Source: Lama glama (taxonomy: Eukaryota). From it: DNA of 64,000 nt. The position numbers and the translations under genes are program-made. Below are positions 1-53,899 of the stretch, one piece after another; the stretch's first letter is position 1; every line of letters starts with the position of its first letter. The notes below the pieces were generated by a model, which saw nothing but the letters and a program-made list of their open reading frames with translations, searched no databases and was not told where the DNA came from. The stretch is from contig CM052845.1 in the NCBI GenBank assembly GCA_028534125.1, positions 23,746,001-23,810,000 of the forward strand. The letters run 5' to 3'.

Positions 1-3000
1 CGATCAGCCATTTCCTGCTTTGTGGCGTTCCTCTGACTGAGGTTTGGACTCCCAAGGGGAAGAGATGAGATGCGTGTGGAGCGGCCGGCTGGAGGGAGAT
101 GCTGGCAGGCGTGGGGTGCAGTGTGGCTCAGGAGCCTTGGGAGGCGGGAACACTCAGGCGGGCTTTACACAGAAAACCAGGTCAAGTAAAATGCCCAGAT
201 CACAACGCAGGAAGCATCAGTGTTGTGGGGCTTGGAGATGGTGCGTAAGGAATAGTGTAATTGGAGGAGGCACAAAGCACTTAAAAGGAAAAAAAACACA
301 ATTAGAAAAGGGCTAGAAATGGTGCAGAGTCACATGTCTATAAATCAGTGAGTGCAGAATGGGTAATAAATTAAGTTAAAGATTTTAAAAGTTTGTAAGC
401 ACGGTCTCACACCTACCACTGAGACCTGAAGGGTTACAATTCCTAGTACACGTCACGGCAATGAAGGGGATCTCTTCCTGGAAAATGGATCGCTGATGGA
501 TTGCTGTGGTTAACATAGCGTACCCGAGCAAGAATGTGTCCACAGGACGGGGAAGGTGGTGCGAGGCACAGCGGGCAACATGGGGAGGCGGCAGAGATCA
601 GGCCAGCGCTAGAAGAGGTTACGAGATGCCCAGACAGACAGCGGGTTGGAGGCTGCAGTCCTGCTCCAGGCGCACGTGTCTGACAGAGAAGATGTTGGCT
701 CCCTCCACATCCCGGGCATTAACTAGACGCCCTATTTTGGACACAGTAATTTGAATGGTGCTGTTAACCGATGACTAAAAATAAGTTTTATCGCGTTGAA
801 CTCACATGGAAGCACATTGTAAGTGCTTAGTACTCGTATTTACAGATAAATAAAAACAAATTAGAGCTTAGGAATCTGCACAACTCTGCAAAACCAGTCA
901 CACCTATCAAAAACAGCTTTTAAACACAGGCGATCTGACCACAGGACACAGGCTTCTGAACGTCAGGGCATGTAAGGAGCGGTTATTTCCAGTGATTTCC
1001 AAGAGGGAAGAGTCTGCCAGGTTCCTGCCTGACCATTGCAGCAGAACTGGCCCAGCCGGGAGCGGACACGCCCCAGCGTGAGTGCAACGTTAATGGCGGG
1101 AGAGCGGGACTCGAGGAGATGGAGGCTGACCTTTGTCTGACGTTTGCGAGCTGAGATGATGCTGCACTTGAGGTCCCTCATCTGAATCCTAAACTGGGAG
1201 CTTCGCAAGGCGGGCTGGGTAGCCCTGTGTGCAGCGGTCACTGTAGCCTTGCGGTGGGCACAGCCACGTGTGCGTGCAGCCGAGCGCGTTTTCACAGACG
1301 GTCGCCCCAGCCTGAGAGTCAGCGCTAGCACCCCTGCCTTACCGCCGGGGCCCCGGGGCGCTGGGAGCTGCCCGGACGCGTTCTCACGGACCGTCCATGC
1401 TGTGCGACGCGACCCGGCCCCCCACGCCGGAGGATGACACGGGAAGGCTGACCCCACGTCTGCTCTGCAGGCGGCCTGTAATCCCTCAGGGAGGTGTATG
1501 GACCCGCATCCCCCCGTCGTTTCCCTCCATTTATCTTCCCTGTGGTAGTCTGCACTGAGCCCGACAGAGCACACAGACTAACGAGGCTGTGCCCTGTGGC
1601 CCGGGCCTCCTGCTGGAGACCCTCTGCTCATCTTTCAACACCGTTTACATCGTCTGGACTTTCTGAGCACGTGACGCTGCGTCGTCTCAGCGCGTCGCGC
1701 CTTTATCTGCAGTGCTGGCAATGGCAGTGACATGGAGAGGTTTCCCACTGAAGAGCAGTATCTCTTTTTATGAAGTGATTTTGCTATAATTGGAGACACG
1801 TTTGCATTTGCTGCTCTATAACGGCCTTGGAGAAGATGAATTCTTTTGTAAATATAATATCATGGGGTGACAGCCGTATGGCCAAAATCGCTGGACAACA
1901 TGATTCAGAACAGTATTGTTAGGCCGTATCTTTTTATAGTAGTTAGAGAATAAAACTGGAAAGTGTTCAGATGCCTTGTGTTTTATGAGAGGTCCGTGTA
2001 AAAACCTTTAATAAAACAGCTGATTATGGCAGCACTAATATTGCAGCCAAAAGATGATGTTCGAGCAGAGAGACTGACCCCCCCCGTCCTGGTCTGTGCT
2101 GTACAGTTTGCAAGGACCATGCAGGCTCTGAGACAGCAGGGAAGGGCGAGTCCTTGCTAGTCCCCACCTTTGACACTTGTTCCCTCGGTGGCTGGAGGGT
2201 CACGTCGCCGTGTTGTCCCCCCACAAGTGCTTCTGTCTGTGTTTCCGAATACTATCCAGTGAGATCCATTCAAGTCCTCAGGAGACGCTGCACACATTGG
2301 AAAGGTTAATAGGAAGTGGTTCCTTTTCTTCCTTTTTTTAAGAATTACAATCAAATGAATAAATAAGATAGAAAGCAAGTATCTTTAATTTAAAAGTTGA
2401 GATTAATGAATGGCAGGAGAAAGGTCTACACAAAGTGCTTCCAGAATCCGGGCAGGGAGTGAGAGTCTGAAAGGGGAGGTGGCGTGGAAGAAACCACTTT
2501 GATGAGGACAGAGTCCAGCACGCAGAAGGCAGCTAGGGTCACCCCAGACACAGGAGCCACAGAAACACTGCTGCGGAAATGCCCAGCTGTGCGGCAGGTG
2601 GTCCTGATGCTGCAGGAAGCGTGGGTCCCTGAGCAAAGCGGGTCCTGGGCTCCCACTCCTGGTGGTGGCAGGACAATGCGGGTTTGCGTGATGGCAGCTG
2701 CAGAACCCCCGCCCTTTTAGGGACCCCTCCTCTAGATCAGGCGGGACCGAATGCTGGTGCACTGCCCGTGACACTGCCTTTAGGAACCAGTCTCAGAGCG
2801 GAGGCCAATAGGTAAGAAAATGGTATTTCTATCTGCTGGTTTCCAAACAAAGAACCCTAGCAGTGCGGGCGTCGCACACGGCTGGTCCTGGGGAGAGTGT
2901 CTCTTGCAGGGTAAGTGAAAACAGGCGACTTCCAGTTGAGTGTTAACGGGCAGTGATCCCTTTAGGGCGTGTGGAAGGCTGCCTTCACGGGGCGGGCTTG

Positions 3001-4996
3001 GATTGAGGAACGCGACTGTGCCCAGGCTGACCAGACAGTGAGAGAAATTTCACGCAGAGGGCAGCGTATGCATAACAGCAGCGGTCAAAGGCATGGTCCC
3101 CTGAGGGACCAGATGAAAACAGACAGAAGGGAGGCTTCTGAAGGCCCAGAGACTCCCCCATCAGGGTGCAAAGAACTTTTCCTTGTATCACATATGGTTT
3201 ACAATAATTGCCATTGACTGAGGTGTGTCAGAGACTTGACACAAACGCGTTTTGTGGTGAAGGGACGGGCCGTGGTTGGGGGTGTCACGAGCAGCGCGAA
3301 GTGCTGGGCAGTGAGTCTAAGGGACTGCGCTCTCGGTGACTTCAGCCCGGCGGCTCAGCGTTGGCCGTGGGAGCTGCTCGTGGAGGAGAAACAGTCTCGT
3401 TTGCGGGTACTCGGAGGCGTTCCTTTACTATGCACAGATCTGGAGACTTAAGTACATCCATCCACGTTTAATGCTAACAAGCGTGTTCCCTGAACGAGGG
3501 GGTTCTGATCCATCTGGCATTTCACGACCGTTCATTAACCCTCAAGCAAAACTTGTCAGCTGGCGTCAGAACTCACGGCCAAGTACCCTGCCTTCAGCCC
3601 CAAGCCGGTCGCCGCCGGAGCGGGCAGAATGAAAGTGCGTTTCTCATTCTCCTGCAGGCAGAGCCCTTGCACTGCTTATTATTTTGTTTTCAGCAATAAG
3701 CACCAATAATCACAAAGCAAATACAAAGGTGGAGCAGTTGGTTTGCAGATCTTCTAAAAATGTATGAATGTATTCAATTCTAATCCCCAAACCAATATTT
3801 AGTATTTGTACGGACACAGACTGGCACAGTGAAAAGGTGACTGGAGAATAGGGGGCTCTGGTGGGGGGACATGAGTGTGAGACAGTGACCTTATACAGAG
3901 GGGGGTCCGGTTCGCAGCTCCTGTCAGTGATGCTGCGTCCACACCGAGGGATGCGGGGCCGCTCAGCCCAGCGTGGGGCACACCTGTAACTTGGGAGGCC
4001 GGGGGCCAGTGCGTCCCCTGGTGGAGTGGGCTTCTGTGGGGTCAGTGCAGCTTTACTGAATGTCCAAGTCACAGAATTCACTTCTAAAACTGCACGAGTC
4101 TGTGTAATTGTCGGCGACTGTAATCTCCATCGCCTGAAAGAGCTTGAACAAAGCATCCAGTCTCTGCATTTGCCGTGATTTTAGGGGAAGTGGCCAACTG
4201 ACATCCGTGTCAGTCACTCAGAGAGTCACCACCGACAGTCAGTGCAGCTTTGTCGGTTTGCAGGCTGTGATCATTGCAGCGTCAGAAGCAAACAGTGGAA
4301 CGCAGTCTGGAGAGAGAGCTAGACATTGCCAAGTCCCACCTCTGGGTGAGACTCCACCTCTAAAACGTCACTGCACGTCACTGCGTCCTAGAAAGCACAG
4401 CGCAGACGGGACAGCAGGTGTAGGAGCTGGGGGACGGAAGCGGGTTTCCCCTAAATGCACTCTACCTGCGGGGCGCCCCTCCCCTGGGCCCGAGTCCCTC
4501 CCCTGAGCCCCAGACTTCTGTTTGCAACTGATTATTGGACAGCTGTCCCTAGACATCCTTTCAAACGTAACTCAAGTGTGCATTTGTTGAAGTTGAACTT
4601 TCTGATACCAGTCCTTTCTTTGGAATTCCAGAATTGGTCAGGAACCTAGTCTCTCTCACTGGAAATTCTTCCAGCCTTGAACCTAGTCACTTTAATCCCA
4701 AGGGATTCACTTTAATCCCCCTCTCTTTTAGCTTTTATCTGGAAATAGAGTAACAGGATAAACAACATAAAATACCAACAAGAAAGAGAAGCAAGAGAAG
4801 TAAACGGAGGAATCGTAGCCGGGGAGATAATCTTCCAACAGCTTCACACTGGAAGTACTGATTACGTTACCCACAACTGTTGAGGAAAGTTAGCAGTTTG
4901 AAAAGAAGCACTGTATCAAGTAAAAACATAAATAAATGGAAAAAATTCCAGTAACGTGTCCATTCAACAGTGTCACCCGCTTGACAGTAAAGATAA

Positions 4997-45627
<40,631 letters not shown>

Positions 45628-46171
45628 CCCTCAGGGCCCGGGCCGCCTCACAGCCATACCTCGGACGGACAAGCAGTGACCCTCGGTGCCGCAGACCCGC
45701 CCCCCTCCCCATCCCCGACGGGCCCGGAGCCGCCCGCGCGCCCGGGAGCCGCGGGGCCTGCCCTCCGGAGGTGGCCGCTCCAGGCCGGGCCGCGCCCGCC
45801 GGGACCCGCGCCCGGCCCTCCTCCTGCGGGGCTGCGACGCCTTTCCACGCAGCCTCCGGGCACGGGGCGGAGTGGCAGCGCCACGTCGTGGGCTTGGTTG
45901 CTTTCTTTCTTTTTTTAATCCCCATGAATACAAGTACTCCAGAAAACGAAAAGCGCTCTCGAGAAGACAGCTTCCTGGCAGGCGCGCACACCTCCAGCCG
46001 CTTCACTCTGCCCTCCCAGGACCGGACCAGCTTCCAGGGATTCGCAGCTCAGCTCAGCGTCCACTCCTGCGGCCGTCGGCACGTCTCCCGGTCAGCTGTC
46101 CCACTGCAGAATTTTTGATGCACAATTTTTTGCACTAGTGTGTTACGAATGACTAAGATTCTGATAAACAA

Positions 46172-46177
46172 AATAAA
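46172..46177 (+). terminator. Proximal poly(A) signal AATAAA (candidate)
   Basis: acaaAATAAActgttc in an AU-rich block 545 nt after the stop. Confidence 0.45.
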
Positions 46178-47601
46178 CTGTTCACCCGGGGTTTATACAC
46201 AGTACGCGTTGTACATAAGCTCCCTCACACGCTGTCCAGCTACGCATCCCACTGCAGTCCAGCTGGCGGGCTAGAAAAAAAGGGGAAAACCCCAGATGTG
46301 GCACAGGTTTTCAAAGGAAAAAATGGTATTGAAGAGATTTATTTTGTTACTGCTTCTTGTAGCTACAGAGATGTGCTGTATTCACGGAAGACGTCCAAGG
46401 AGGAAAAAAGAGGCCTTTTTATTTCCCACGTATTTCCTTTCTTCCTGTCGTCGCCCTCGCCTGTCGACATGACACTGCTTCCTGGCGGGTGGTCTGCAGC
46501 CATTCCTCTCTGCCCTGTACAGATGTGAATAGTAATTTATTTTAGGTAGCTCACGGCCTGTGGGTTCCGGCTCACGACACAGTCTTCCCTTCCGCATTGT
46601 GACGTTTGTGTCTCTTGCCATGCGGTCACTCTCCGGTGTTGCATCAAAGGGCAGTGACCACAGGAGGCCCTGAACTCGGTGGAAATTGTTCAGGATCCAA
46701 ATATCAAGTGTTCCTTGGGAGGCAGAGAAGAGTTACACCCACTCTTCTTTCTGATGACTTATTTCATGTTACTTTGTCTTCTGTTTCATGCTTTATTATT
46801 CCAGGTGGAAAGAAAATGCCAGTGATTTTTTCCAGCTTAAAATTCACCACAGGTAAACCTGCGTTTCAGTATAAACAAAATAGGTATGATTCCCCCATGT
46901 GGATAAAATCACAACATGAAGTAGAAGGCATGGCAGTGAGAATGTCTATGTAACAAAGTCAGGGTGAAGATCATGTTTATTTTTATTTACAACCGTTTGA
47001 TAAAAACATTTTGAAAAGACGAAGCTTATTTTATTGTTTGGGTTTTAAGAACATACTCCACTTACTGGAAATGCCCCTCCCCGCATCCCCTGCCGGCGTA
47101 GTGAGGCTCTGTCGCCTTTGGGGCGCGTCACACCTACCGTTACGACTGGTGTGCGTGTCCTCTGGTGCATGTCTCGATGCCGGACTTCAAAAGTGAAAAT
47201 GGAAAAAAAAAGAAAAAGGGTAAGAGCTCGTTCCTTCCAGAGCTTGGGTCGGAACGTGTCAGTCGCTCTGACCTGCCGGGCGCCCGCCGTCCTGCGGCCT
47301 GGCTGAGGGGCGGACGCCGTCGGGGCGCCTGGCTGGCGCCCCCCGCCCCTCCCTGGCCTTTGCGATCGCCCAGGACTGAACTCCGCTGTCCGACGCCGAG
47401 TTCGCTGCGCAGGCCGCTCCGGCCAACCTGGCAACGCGGCCGAGCTCTGCTCCGCAGCCGGGAGGCCCTCCGAGGCTTTTCCTCCCAGACGAGATGGAGC
47501 CACCGAGCCCGCTCCTGACACCCTCGGGGGTGGGGACCCAGGGAGACGGCGGGGAGTGAGCGTCGCTGTGCGCAGGGAGACAGGGTTCTAGACGTCCCAG
47601 G

Positions 47602-47650
47602 TGTACATACACATACATTCCCACGTGTAAATAGACACAGAGTGTACATA
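47602..47650 (+). promoter_or_regulatory. Cluster of three Pumilio response elements (UGUAHAUA) in the 3'UTR
   Basis: TGTACATA 47602, TGTAAATA 47626, TGTACATA 47643; a fourth TGTACATA at 46210. Confidence 0.6.
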
Positions 47651-48355
47651 CTCGGTTTGAGTCTCTCAAACTAGGTGCAAAACGCTGACTCAGAGTCTGA
47701 ATCAATGTCTCTCTCCACATCCCTGACCCGCCTGCTGGTCAGCGACGTTGCCGAGTCCTGAAGTGACAGGACGCACACCACACGAGAAGCCACATACCAG
47801 ACTAGACACGGTTCTCCTCCTCCGCGTGCAGAGTCAGAGCGTCCTTGGTTGCCAGTTTGGAGCATGTTACTAAAAAAACAACCGACTTCATGAACCCCTG
47901 TGAGAGCCCTGCCTAGTTCCTCCCCGGGGTGTGTGCGGTGTGACCGGACCCGCGAGCGCTTGCTGAGCCGGGCCGGAGGACCCGTCCGGGAGCCGCGGGA
48001 CGTGGAGCGATGGGCCCCGCCACAGGTCATGTGCTTCAGAGCTGTGCAAACTGCTGCTTGTCCCCACACACCTTGCCTTTCTTCAGGCTAGCTGCAATAA
48101 TTTTTTTCTTCTGTAAAATATTTTGTAAACAACCACACAAAAAAGCTACTATAAACAAAGGGGAACAGAAGGCTGCATTACGATCAGGAAACCCATGGTC
48201 ACCCCCATCCGTCTGTCTCGCCGTCTCACCACATGCTGCTGACCCCAAGTAGGTGCAAACGACCTTTTTGTACAGAGATATATTTTTTATGAAGAATTTG
48301 TAAAATTATTAAATACGCTGTAATTTTTTGATTAATGTAGGTAAATTGTTAAAAA

Positions 48356-48567
48356 AATAAATGTTTTTACAAAACTGTAATTTTCCCAATAATGTACAAT
48401 GTACGCTCTAGCTGACTCTCAGTTCTGATCCTATCACACATGTATTAATATTAAAGTGACCTGTTAAAATGAACAGTATCTTTTTTTGTCAAAAAAAAAT
48501 TATACAGAGTGTAATATAGCCTGTGCAATGCCACCTATCTTTAAAGCGAATCAGAGTTCTAATTAAA
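48356..48567 (+). terminator. Distal poly(A) signal cluster (AATAAA 48356, ATTAAA 48450, ATTAAA 48562)
   Basis: Hexamers seen directly, with upstream TGTA motifs and a downstream TACTTTTCGGTGTG/TTTATTTTCGTTT U/GU-rich element. Confidence 0.65.
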
Positions 48568-49289
48568 TATTTAATTTTAGATTTCTACTTTTCGGTGTGA
48601 ATTTATTTTCGTTTGCGCGCGTGCACGTGAGTCTCTGGAAGGGGAGGGCGGAGGGAGAGCGTGAGCAAGGAGCTCCCCACGTGCGAGGAGGGGCGCCCTG
48701 CCGCACGGCGCCCCCCGGGGCTGCGGCAGGGGCCAGCACGCGGACGCTGGCAACGCTTCTCGGCGGTTTGCCTTAAAATCAGTGAGCTTTCTGCCCCCTA
48801 AACCAAAACCAAGCCTATATTTTTATGATTAAAAAAAATTGGGAGCTCTTCCTGTAAACCTTCACAACACTGAAAATGACACGCGAGCAGCAGCTCAGGG
48901 CTCGCGCCTGCAGCAATCACCGCCCCAGCCGCCCGGGGCTGGGAGAAAACGGGCCGTCTCCTCGTCCTGAGCGGCCGTCAGGCCGAACGCCCAGCAGTTA
49001 AACAGAACGATACGCTGATTTTCCTGAGAGTCAGGTTATTACAAAATAAAAACCACCGATAATAAACACAAAGCCCCAGCGTGGCCTCAAGTAACGAAGT
49101 TCTGACATCCCGCTCGGCGTCTGCGTCTCCTGGACCAGCAAGTGCCGCTGGAGGCCAAACATTAGGACCCCGGGTGGCAGTCACAGCTCCAGACCGCCCG
49201 CCCACAGGCCAGCGAACAGTCTCTAGAAAGTGGGTTTCTCCTTCCCTTTCAGAAGCGACGGAGCAGCAGTTCAGAGAAGCCAGCCAGGT

Positions 49290-49456
49290 GGGCCGGGGTC
49301 GCGGGCTGGGCGGGGCTGACGGGGGCGGGGGTCGTGGGCTGGGCGGGGCTGGGAGGGGGCGGGGGTCGCGGGCTGGGCAGGGCTGAGGGGGGCGGGGGTC
49401 GTGGGCTGGACCGGGCTGGGAGGGGGCGAGGGACGCGGGCTGGGAGGGGGCGGGGC
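49290..49456 (+). repeat. G-rich minisatellite, ~33-35 bp unit x ~5
   Basis: Units GGGGGCGGGGGTCGYGGGCTGGGCGGGGCTG read directly. Confidence 0.85.
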
Positions 49457-52400
49457 CTCTGGATTTAACATTCTTTTTTTCCACTAAAAATTATTATCGA
49501 GTCATCAACGCTCCCTTTCCCTGCAATTAAAATGTTCCTGTCTTTCTAAACTGTAAACACAGTTTTTGTTTCATTTGGTAAACGATTACTACACGTTAAG
49601 AATTCCAGGAGAAACCCACACCCCCTGTTACCAGTTTTAATGTCCCCAGAATTGCTCACACACAACATACGCTCAAGGAATACTGAGCCACCTGCCGTGG
49701 AACCCGGGAGCGCGGCGACTCCCTGTGGGTCCTCGTCCAACGCGCGGAAATCGCCGGAGAGTTCTGCCCCTTACTGACCTCTCTACCTACGCATCTTGAA
49801 AATTGACTGCAGATTAATCCTGGGACTTGAAAATCCGCCTCTGAATTAGTACCTGGGATGTGACGGAGCACCCTGCCCAGAGCAGGTCCTCAAATACCCG
49901 CTGACTCCGAACCAGGGGCGCTGGACCCTCTTTCTGAAGGACGGTGAGTTTCGCACATCCTCGCCGGCGGGGTGCGCACGGCGCGGTGACGCAGGAGGGG
50001 TTTGCAGCAGTGGTCCATGTTGTGATGACAGTGAACAGTCTGACTTGCCCTTTGTCTCGGCTGAATTACTTTCAGACGGGGGCAGGGGCTTTTGACTGAG
50101 GCTAAGCGCCTACAAGAGCAACGTCCACCTCACTGGACGGCACTGCTGGCGAAACGGGGCCCGCCTCCCCTTTTCTCCCTCTGGGAACGCTGTCCCCAGG
50201 ACGGTCAGCCCGGGTAGGGGGTCAGCCAGAACCCCCCAGGCGGCCCGACATCCTCTCTGCCCCTTCCACCCCTCGCCTGGACGCTGGGCTGTTCTGGTCC
50301 TGGGCGCCACCACACCTTTCTAAACATTCCGGTTTTTTCCTCTTCCACGTCTCCGCACCTGGGAGGAGCACAGGGAACTCAGCAGGTGGAGTTACAAGTG
50401 GGCAGATTCAGGAAGTTCCTCTGCAGGGCTGGGCTGGCCCCACCTTGGAGCTCAGCACTCAGACTGCCATGGTGGCCAGCGGGCTCGGGTCCGGGATGGA
50501 CACAGTGTGAGTCTCCAGGTGACTAGGGATGGTTGTTGGGGGAGGCTAGGGCTCAGCTAAGACCTCATCTTGTCGACTTTCCTCCAAACCCAGCAGGTGA
50601 ATGCAGGCCTCTGTGCACCTGTGGCCAACCAGAAGCACCCCATGGCTCTGTCAACCTTCAGGCCCCGCAAGGCCGACAAGAGACCCTCCGCGAGGCTTGG
50701 CCTGCTGGCGATACCGGGGTTGAAAGGGCAGCACACAGCTGGCAGGACCACCGGGGGCTCTGTCGCTGGTGTGCCTGGTGTCCAGGGCCCCACGGGGCTG
50801 TCACCCACGGGCCATGGGCAGCGAGCCCCGGGGCTGATTCACTCCATGGGACAGAACCGCACACCCTCGACCCTACTCCCGTTTCCCCTCCCGTCCCCGT
50901 GAGTGTGAGGATGCGCTTCCTTCTGTCAGTTACGGGAACAAGGGACTCAGGCCAGAGTCAGGGACGCTGGTGCGAGCTGCTCACCCCAGAGCACTGTGCT
51001 CGCCAGGGTTAAAATCCCAGCCTCTCTGCACTGATGAGGCTGTGGCTTCCTTTACCCCGGCCCAGACAAATGGCATCTATGATTATTTCAACAAGTAACA
51101 CAGAGGAAGTAACTTTGTTACAGTTCCACAGAGTCAGGGACAGCAGGTGGTTACCAGCCAGAGGACAAAGACTGGGAAGCCCATGCAGCTTTGCGGGGCA
51201 TCCCTAGAGCCTGCCTCGCCCGTGTTTCTGAGGTCTTCTGTTTCACAGGGTCTGTGATGTTTCTTGACCCCTGTTACTCATCAATGGCTCATCTAAGGAA
51301 GGCATGCTTCTCTCAACCTGCTGGTCCTTGCCCTCGTGGCTGCAGACTGGCTGCCATTGTTCCAGCCATCACACCTTGTTAACGCAAGAAATCCAAATGT
51401 GCAAAGTAAAGAAAGCTGACACCAGCCACACTCTTTTGTATCTAGAAAGCCAACAATTTCACAAAACCTCATCTCCCCCCACGGCCTCCAGCAAACTTCC
51501 ATTTCCAGCTCATTGCCCAAAATCAGGCCACAAGCCTCCCACAGATGCAAAGGAAGCTGGAAAAACAGACAATAGGAATTTCCCACATCGTTAGGATTCA
51601 TCATTTGGGGACAGGTCAGAAATTCCCCAATTACAATTTGTATTTTGATGATAACAAAAATGAGGAAGATAAGTTACTTTAAAGCATTTTCCCCTTTGAG
51701 AATAAAGCACCCCCACGAGCTGACCCCTCTAAACAGAAGCCAGGCTCTTGGCCTCCCAGCAGTGAGGACCAGGTCTCACTCCCTCCACAGTCCTGCATCG
51801 CTGCGCGTTCTCATTGTAGATTTTACTCCCCCAGCCCACCCTCCTCTTTTTTGTTAATTCAGAGCTTTAAAACAAAAGGACACACAGACAAAAATAAGTT
51901 TATGAATTCATGTACTTACTAATTTAGATAAATTTGTTTATGAGTAGGGTAGAAGTAATTCAGTTGTGTCCTACCGAGACAGAATGTATATAAATAAAGT
52001 TTAATTGGGAAAAATGATTTACACCGAAGTTACCTCTTCTTACTGTTCTGGTGAAAGGGCGTGCGTGTGTGTTTAAAAGACCTAAGCAGATGTTCTGGAG
52101 AAGAAGGGTGGAAGCCTTATGACAGGGGGCGCCTCTGTGAACATTCACACATGTTGCACGTGGCTTTTATCGCTCAGAGAGCATGTACCGGCTTATGGAA
52201 AAAGTAAACATATGTTGTTACAGCTGTCGTGTCAGCTTCAGAAGCAGTGATCACACCTTCCTGCGCATTTGCTGTGAGTTACAGGCACGACGATGGGTCT
52301 ATTTCTTTTATTATTGTGTCTGAGGCATAGATTCTAGTGACAAATCTGAAAAAGATAAAAATAAGACCCGAGCTTTAGAGCTTTGTATAAACTTTGTGTA

Positions 52401-53049
52401 CACACTAAAATTTTTTAAAAAATCAATTAATGTGTATTTACACTTTTAGGCAACATTCAAAGCCAAGCAATATTTAGCTAGTGATGTCTGTAAAATTACA
52501 ACAAGTTATGTAAGAAAGTCATATGCTACTTACGAAATGCAACTGCATGAACTACTGCCCATGGAAGTGAAGAGTCTATTGTCCTAAACAGAGTGTGACA
52601 GAAACAAACAGAATGTGACAAAAACAGCCTGGCAGCGAAGTAACTGCAAGTTAATACACAGAGGTGCTGTCGTAAGCCAGCTCAACTAGGGGAGAATCAA
52701 TCAGCCTGCTTTCCAAAGCGGGGGGGCCACGAGCAACAGACACGGTCCCCACGTGCATGTTTGGGAATGTGGACTGACAATCTTTGTAACGCTGATACAT
52801 TCTGGCCTGTTAGCATGACAGACAAAAACAAATCCTAAAAAATAAATCTGAAAGAAAACTAAACACAAGCTCTGTACTAAATAAATATCCACACACACAT
52901 ATATTTATAAATGGTTAAACACAAAAATAAATAAAATACAACAAACTACTGAATAAAATAAAACAGCAGTAGCACACTCACGGATGTAGACAACAAACTA
53001 AAGAGCATCCTACTTTCGGTGCAGAAATGGTGTTGGTGACCTGAAAATG

Positions 53050-53190
53050 CGGGGTTGAAATCCCAGCTGCGCCCCTACTAGCTCCATGATCTCAGGAAGC
53101 GTTACATGTCACTAACCAGAATCAGGCTCACGTGTAAAACTGGGGGTAACACACTCCATTCTCGGACATGATGAGGATCTAGTGTGCGAC
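53050..53190 (+). mobile_element. MIR remnant
   Basis: gggttgaaatcccagct...ctactagct...tgtaaaactgggggtaacac...tgatgaggat. Confidence 0.55.
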
Positions 53191-53399
53191 AGAAGCTACT
53201 CAGAATTCAGAAACACTATTCTGGGGCACTGAAATCAGTGCCCTCTCTCTGAGGGATGATTCCATGAAACCTATTTTTCAAAAAGGTGCACCAATTAGGT
53301 TAGACCAAGGTGGGCAACAAGCAGACCCCAGACGCTGCGGCTCCGTCCAGACGTGTGTTTCTCACGCACCAGGAGCTCAGGGCAAGTGTCCAGGCTGGT

Positions 53400-53650
53400 G
53401 AGGTGGGCCACCTCCCAGGCGGTCATTCAGGGACCCAGGTGATGACGGTTCATCAGAGGTCCCCTCCCAGACGAGAAACAGAATAGAGAGACGTGCCTGC
53501 GGGATTCTGCAGAGCAGAACAGCAAGAAAAACACCACCACACACACTCCTTTGGGGAAAACTTAGTCATGAGACCACAAGGAACAGCTAAGGGAGACTGA
53601 GAGCCTTAGGTGGACCCAAAGATGGGGGTGGCTCTTGCAGACAGCTTGTT
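53400..53650. mobile_element. MaLR (MLT1-like) LTR remnant
   Basis: ggtcattcagggacccagg...ttggggaaaacttagtcatgagaccac...aagggagactgaga. Confidence 0.4.
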
Positions 53651-53899
53651 GTGGCTGCTACAATCACCTACAGAGTCGCGTGCAAAGATATTTGTACAAG
53701 GAACTGCCTGGCCAATTTATAATAAGAAATAACTATCCATCCACAGGTGTCCAGCTAAGTGAGTTACTTACTGCACAGTCACAACAGAGGTTATTACAGA
53801 GCGAGTGAAAGGAAGAATGGTGGAGCATGTTGCTACAGCACAAAGCTGAAATAATAGTAAGAGGTCAGTGTCTGCGACACACATGTACATACGTAACAC

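Larger units (their letters stand above)
45628..48585 (+). other. CSMD1: CSMD1 3'UTR (end approximate)
   Basis: Follows the stop codon. AU-rich blocks carry poly(A) signals at 46172, 48356, 48450 and 48562, and a U/GU-rich tract follows about 48586. Confidence 0.7.
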
